The position numbers and the translations under genes were made by a program. The notes under the pieces were generated by a model. The model saw nothing but the letters and a program-made list of their open reading frames with translations, made no database searches and was not told where the DNA came from. A stretch of 64,000 nt of DNA, taken from Utricularia gibba. Taxonomy: Eukaryota; Plantae; Magnoliophyta. The stretch covers positions 2,294,001-2,358,000 of the forward strand of contig CM007992.1 in the NCBI GenBank assembly GCA_002189035.1, given 5' to 3'. Positions 62,737 to 64,000 of the stretch are shown here, piece after piece (the first letter of the stretch is position 1; the number at the start of each line of letters is the position of its first letter).

Positions 62737-64000
62737 TTAATCAATTTCAGAACTCCTTGAGGTGTCGTCATTATCATCCCATTTATCTATCATGATATTT
62801 TGTAATCTCAAATCAACAGCTACCCAATCCTTAAAGTAGACGCACACTTCCAATGTGCTATCTGCCAAGCTCTCATGGTGAGGAGTTAGGATGCAGCCAC
62901 CTAAACCGAATGCACTCTTACTATCAACAGTGGAAGCTAGTGGTATAAAAACAGCTTTTGCTACTATAGCCAATGTAGGATAAGTAGACATTTGACTCTT
63001 CCACCATACCAATATATACAATTCATCTTTTTTAGACTTTTCCTGGTGGATTGCATTATATAATGCAACTTCACTACCTTTTGAAAGAGTACTTTGAGAA
63101 GCAGACACCATGACATAGAAGTCCTTTGACCCACTAGGCAAATCATTAGCCTCAATATTTGGAAGTCTAAGAGAAATAACATAATCCCAATACATTTTTA
63201 AACCTGCTTGCAAACTAGAAGCCTTCACCCTCGGATCAAGAATGCTAGACACAAGATATAAAATAGGAATATTTCTAAAATATTTTGCAAATTTTTCAAC
63301 TATAGTACAAACAACTTTTGTAAGAAATCTTGTATCAAAACATTTTTTAAAAGCTCTAGAGATACACTAAAGTATGAAACACTAAATGAGTAGTAGTATA
63401 GTATGATCCACTAAGCAAATACGTAAATTTTTCAAAGGTAGATAACAAATCACATAAACATTCACGTTTAGTAAAAATAATAGAATCTAGCTCAATCATA
63501 GGATCAATATGCATCAATATGAAAGATGGAATAATATGGTTGTCAAGTAACATAGAATTAATCATGCAAAGTATAGAATTCCACCTAGTTGAGCAATCAC
63601 CTTTAAAAGTTCTATATGGAATATCTAGAGCTTCACAAACTTGCTTAAACATAGCTCTCTTAGGACTACATTTTTTCATCAACTTAACTAACTTTCTAAA
63701 GGTCCAATAAACATGACTAAAATCATCTAACATAAAAGCATCTTGGACACATAAATTCAATATATGGCAAGCACAAGGAGAATGAAGAAAAGAACCTTGT
63801 TGAATGGGATTCATTGCTGTTTTCAATGCTGAAATTGCAGAAGAATTGTTAGAAGTATTACCAGGAGTTGAAAAAATATGATCAGCAATACGATATTCCA
63901 TACAAATTTTTGCAATTAACTCAGCAATCCTAGCACCTGAATGAGGAGTATCAAAGTGTCTAAAATCCAAAATTCTTTTTTGCATAAGCCACTTATCATC
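62737..64000 (-). mobile_element. hAT (Ac/SLEEPER-like) transposase, frameshifted, continuing beyond the window end
   Basis: QKRILDFRHFDTPHSG, CACHILNLCVQD, DCSTRWNS, ILDPRVK, WWKSQMSTYPTLA and STVDSKSAF...YFKDW. The coding sequence is split over two ORFs. Confidence 0.9.

Overview
AT-rich eudicot nuclear DNA, as judged from spliceosomal introns and plant gene and TE families. The left ~29 kb holds five host genes: a 5'-truncated HIPP metallochaperone, a small secreted Gly/Arg-rich peptide, an alpha/beta-hydrolase, a MYB-CC (PHR1-like) transcription factor, and NRPD4/NRPE4 (Pol IV/V subunit 4). These are separated by MULE, LTR, Copia and Athila debris. The right ~35 kb is a nested transposon block containing about six PIF/Harbinger relics (one with both TIRs and a TAA TSD), three hAT transposase relics, two Copia relics, Athila-like LTRs and gag, a foldback MULE, and a Cassandra solo LTR with a 5S-derived promoter. 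One GC-rich, intronless CYP96-like P450 sits inside this block; its three frameshifts are all 1-bp losses in G/C homopolymers. No clearly new multi-gene system is evident. The best leads are the GPI-like micropeptide, the Cassandra LTR carrying both 5S-type and snRNA-USE-type motifs, the probably mis-assembled CYP96, an unexplained structured GC-rich island at ~26 kb, and two GC-AG introns. All exon boundaries and TSDs were read by eye; no database search was run.
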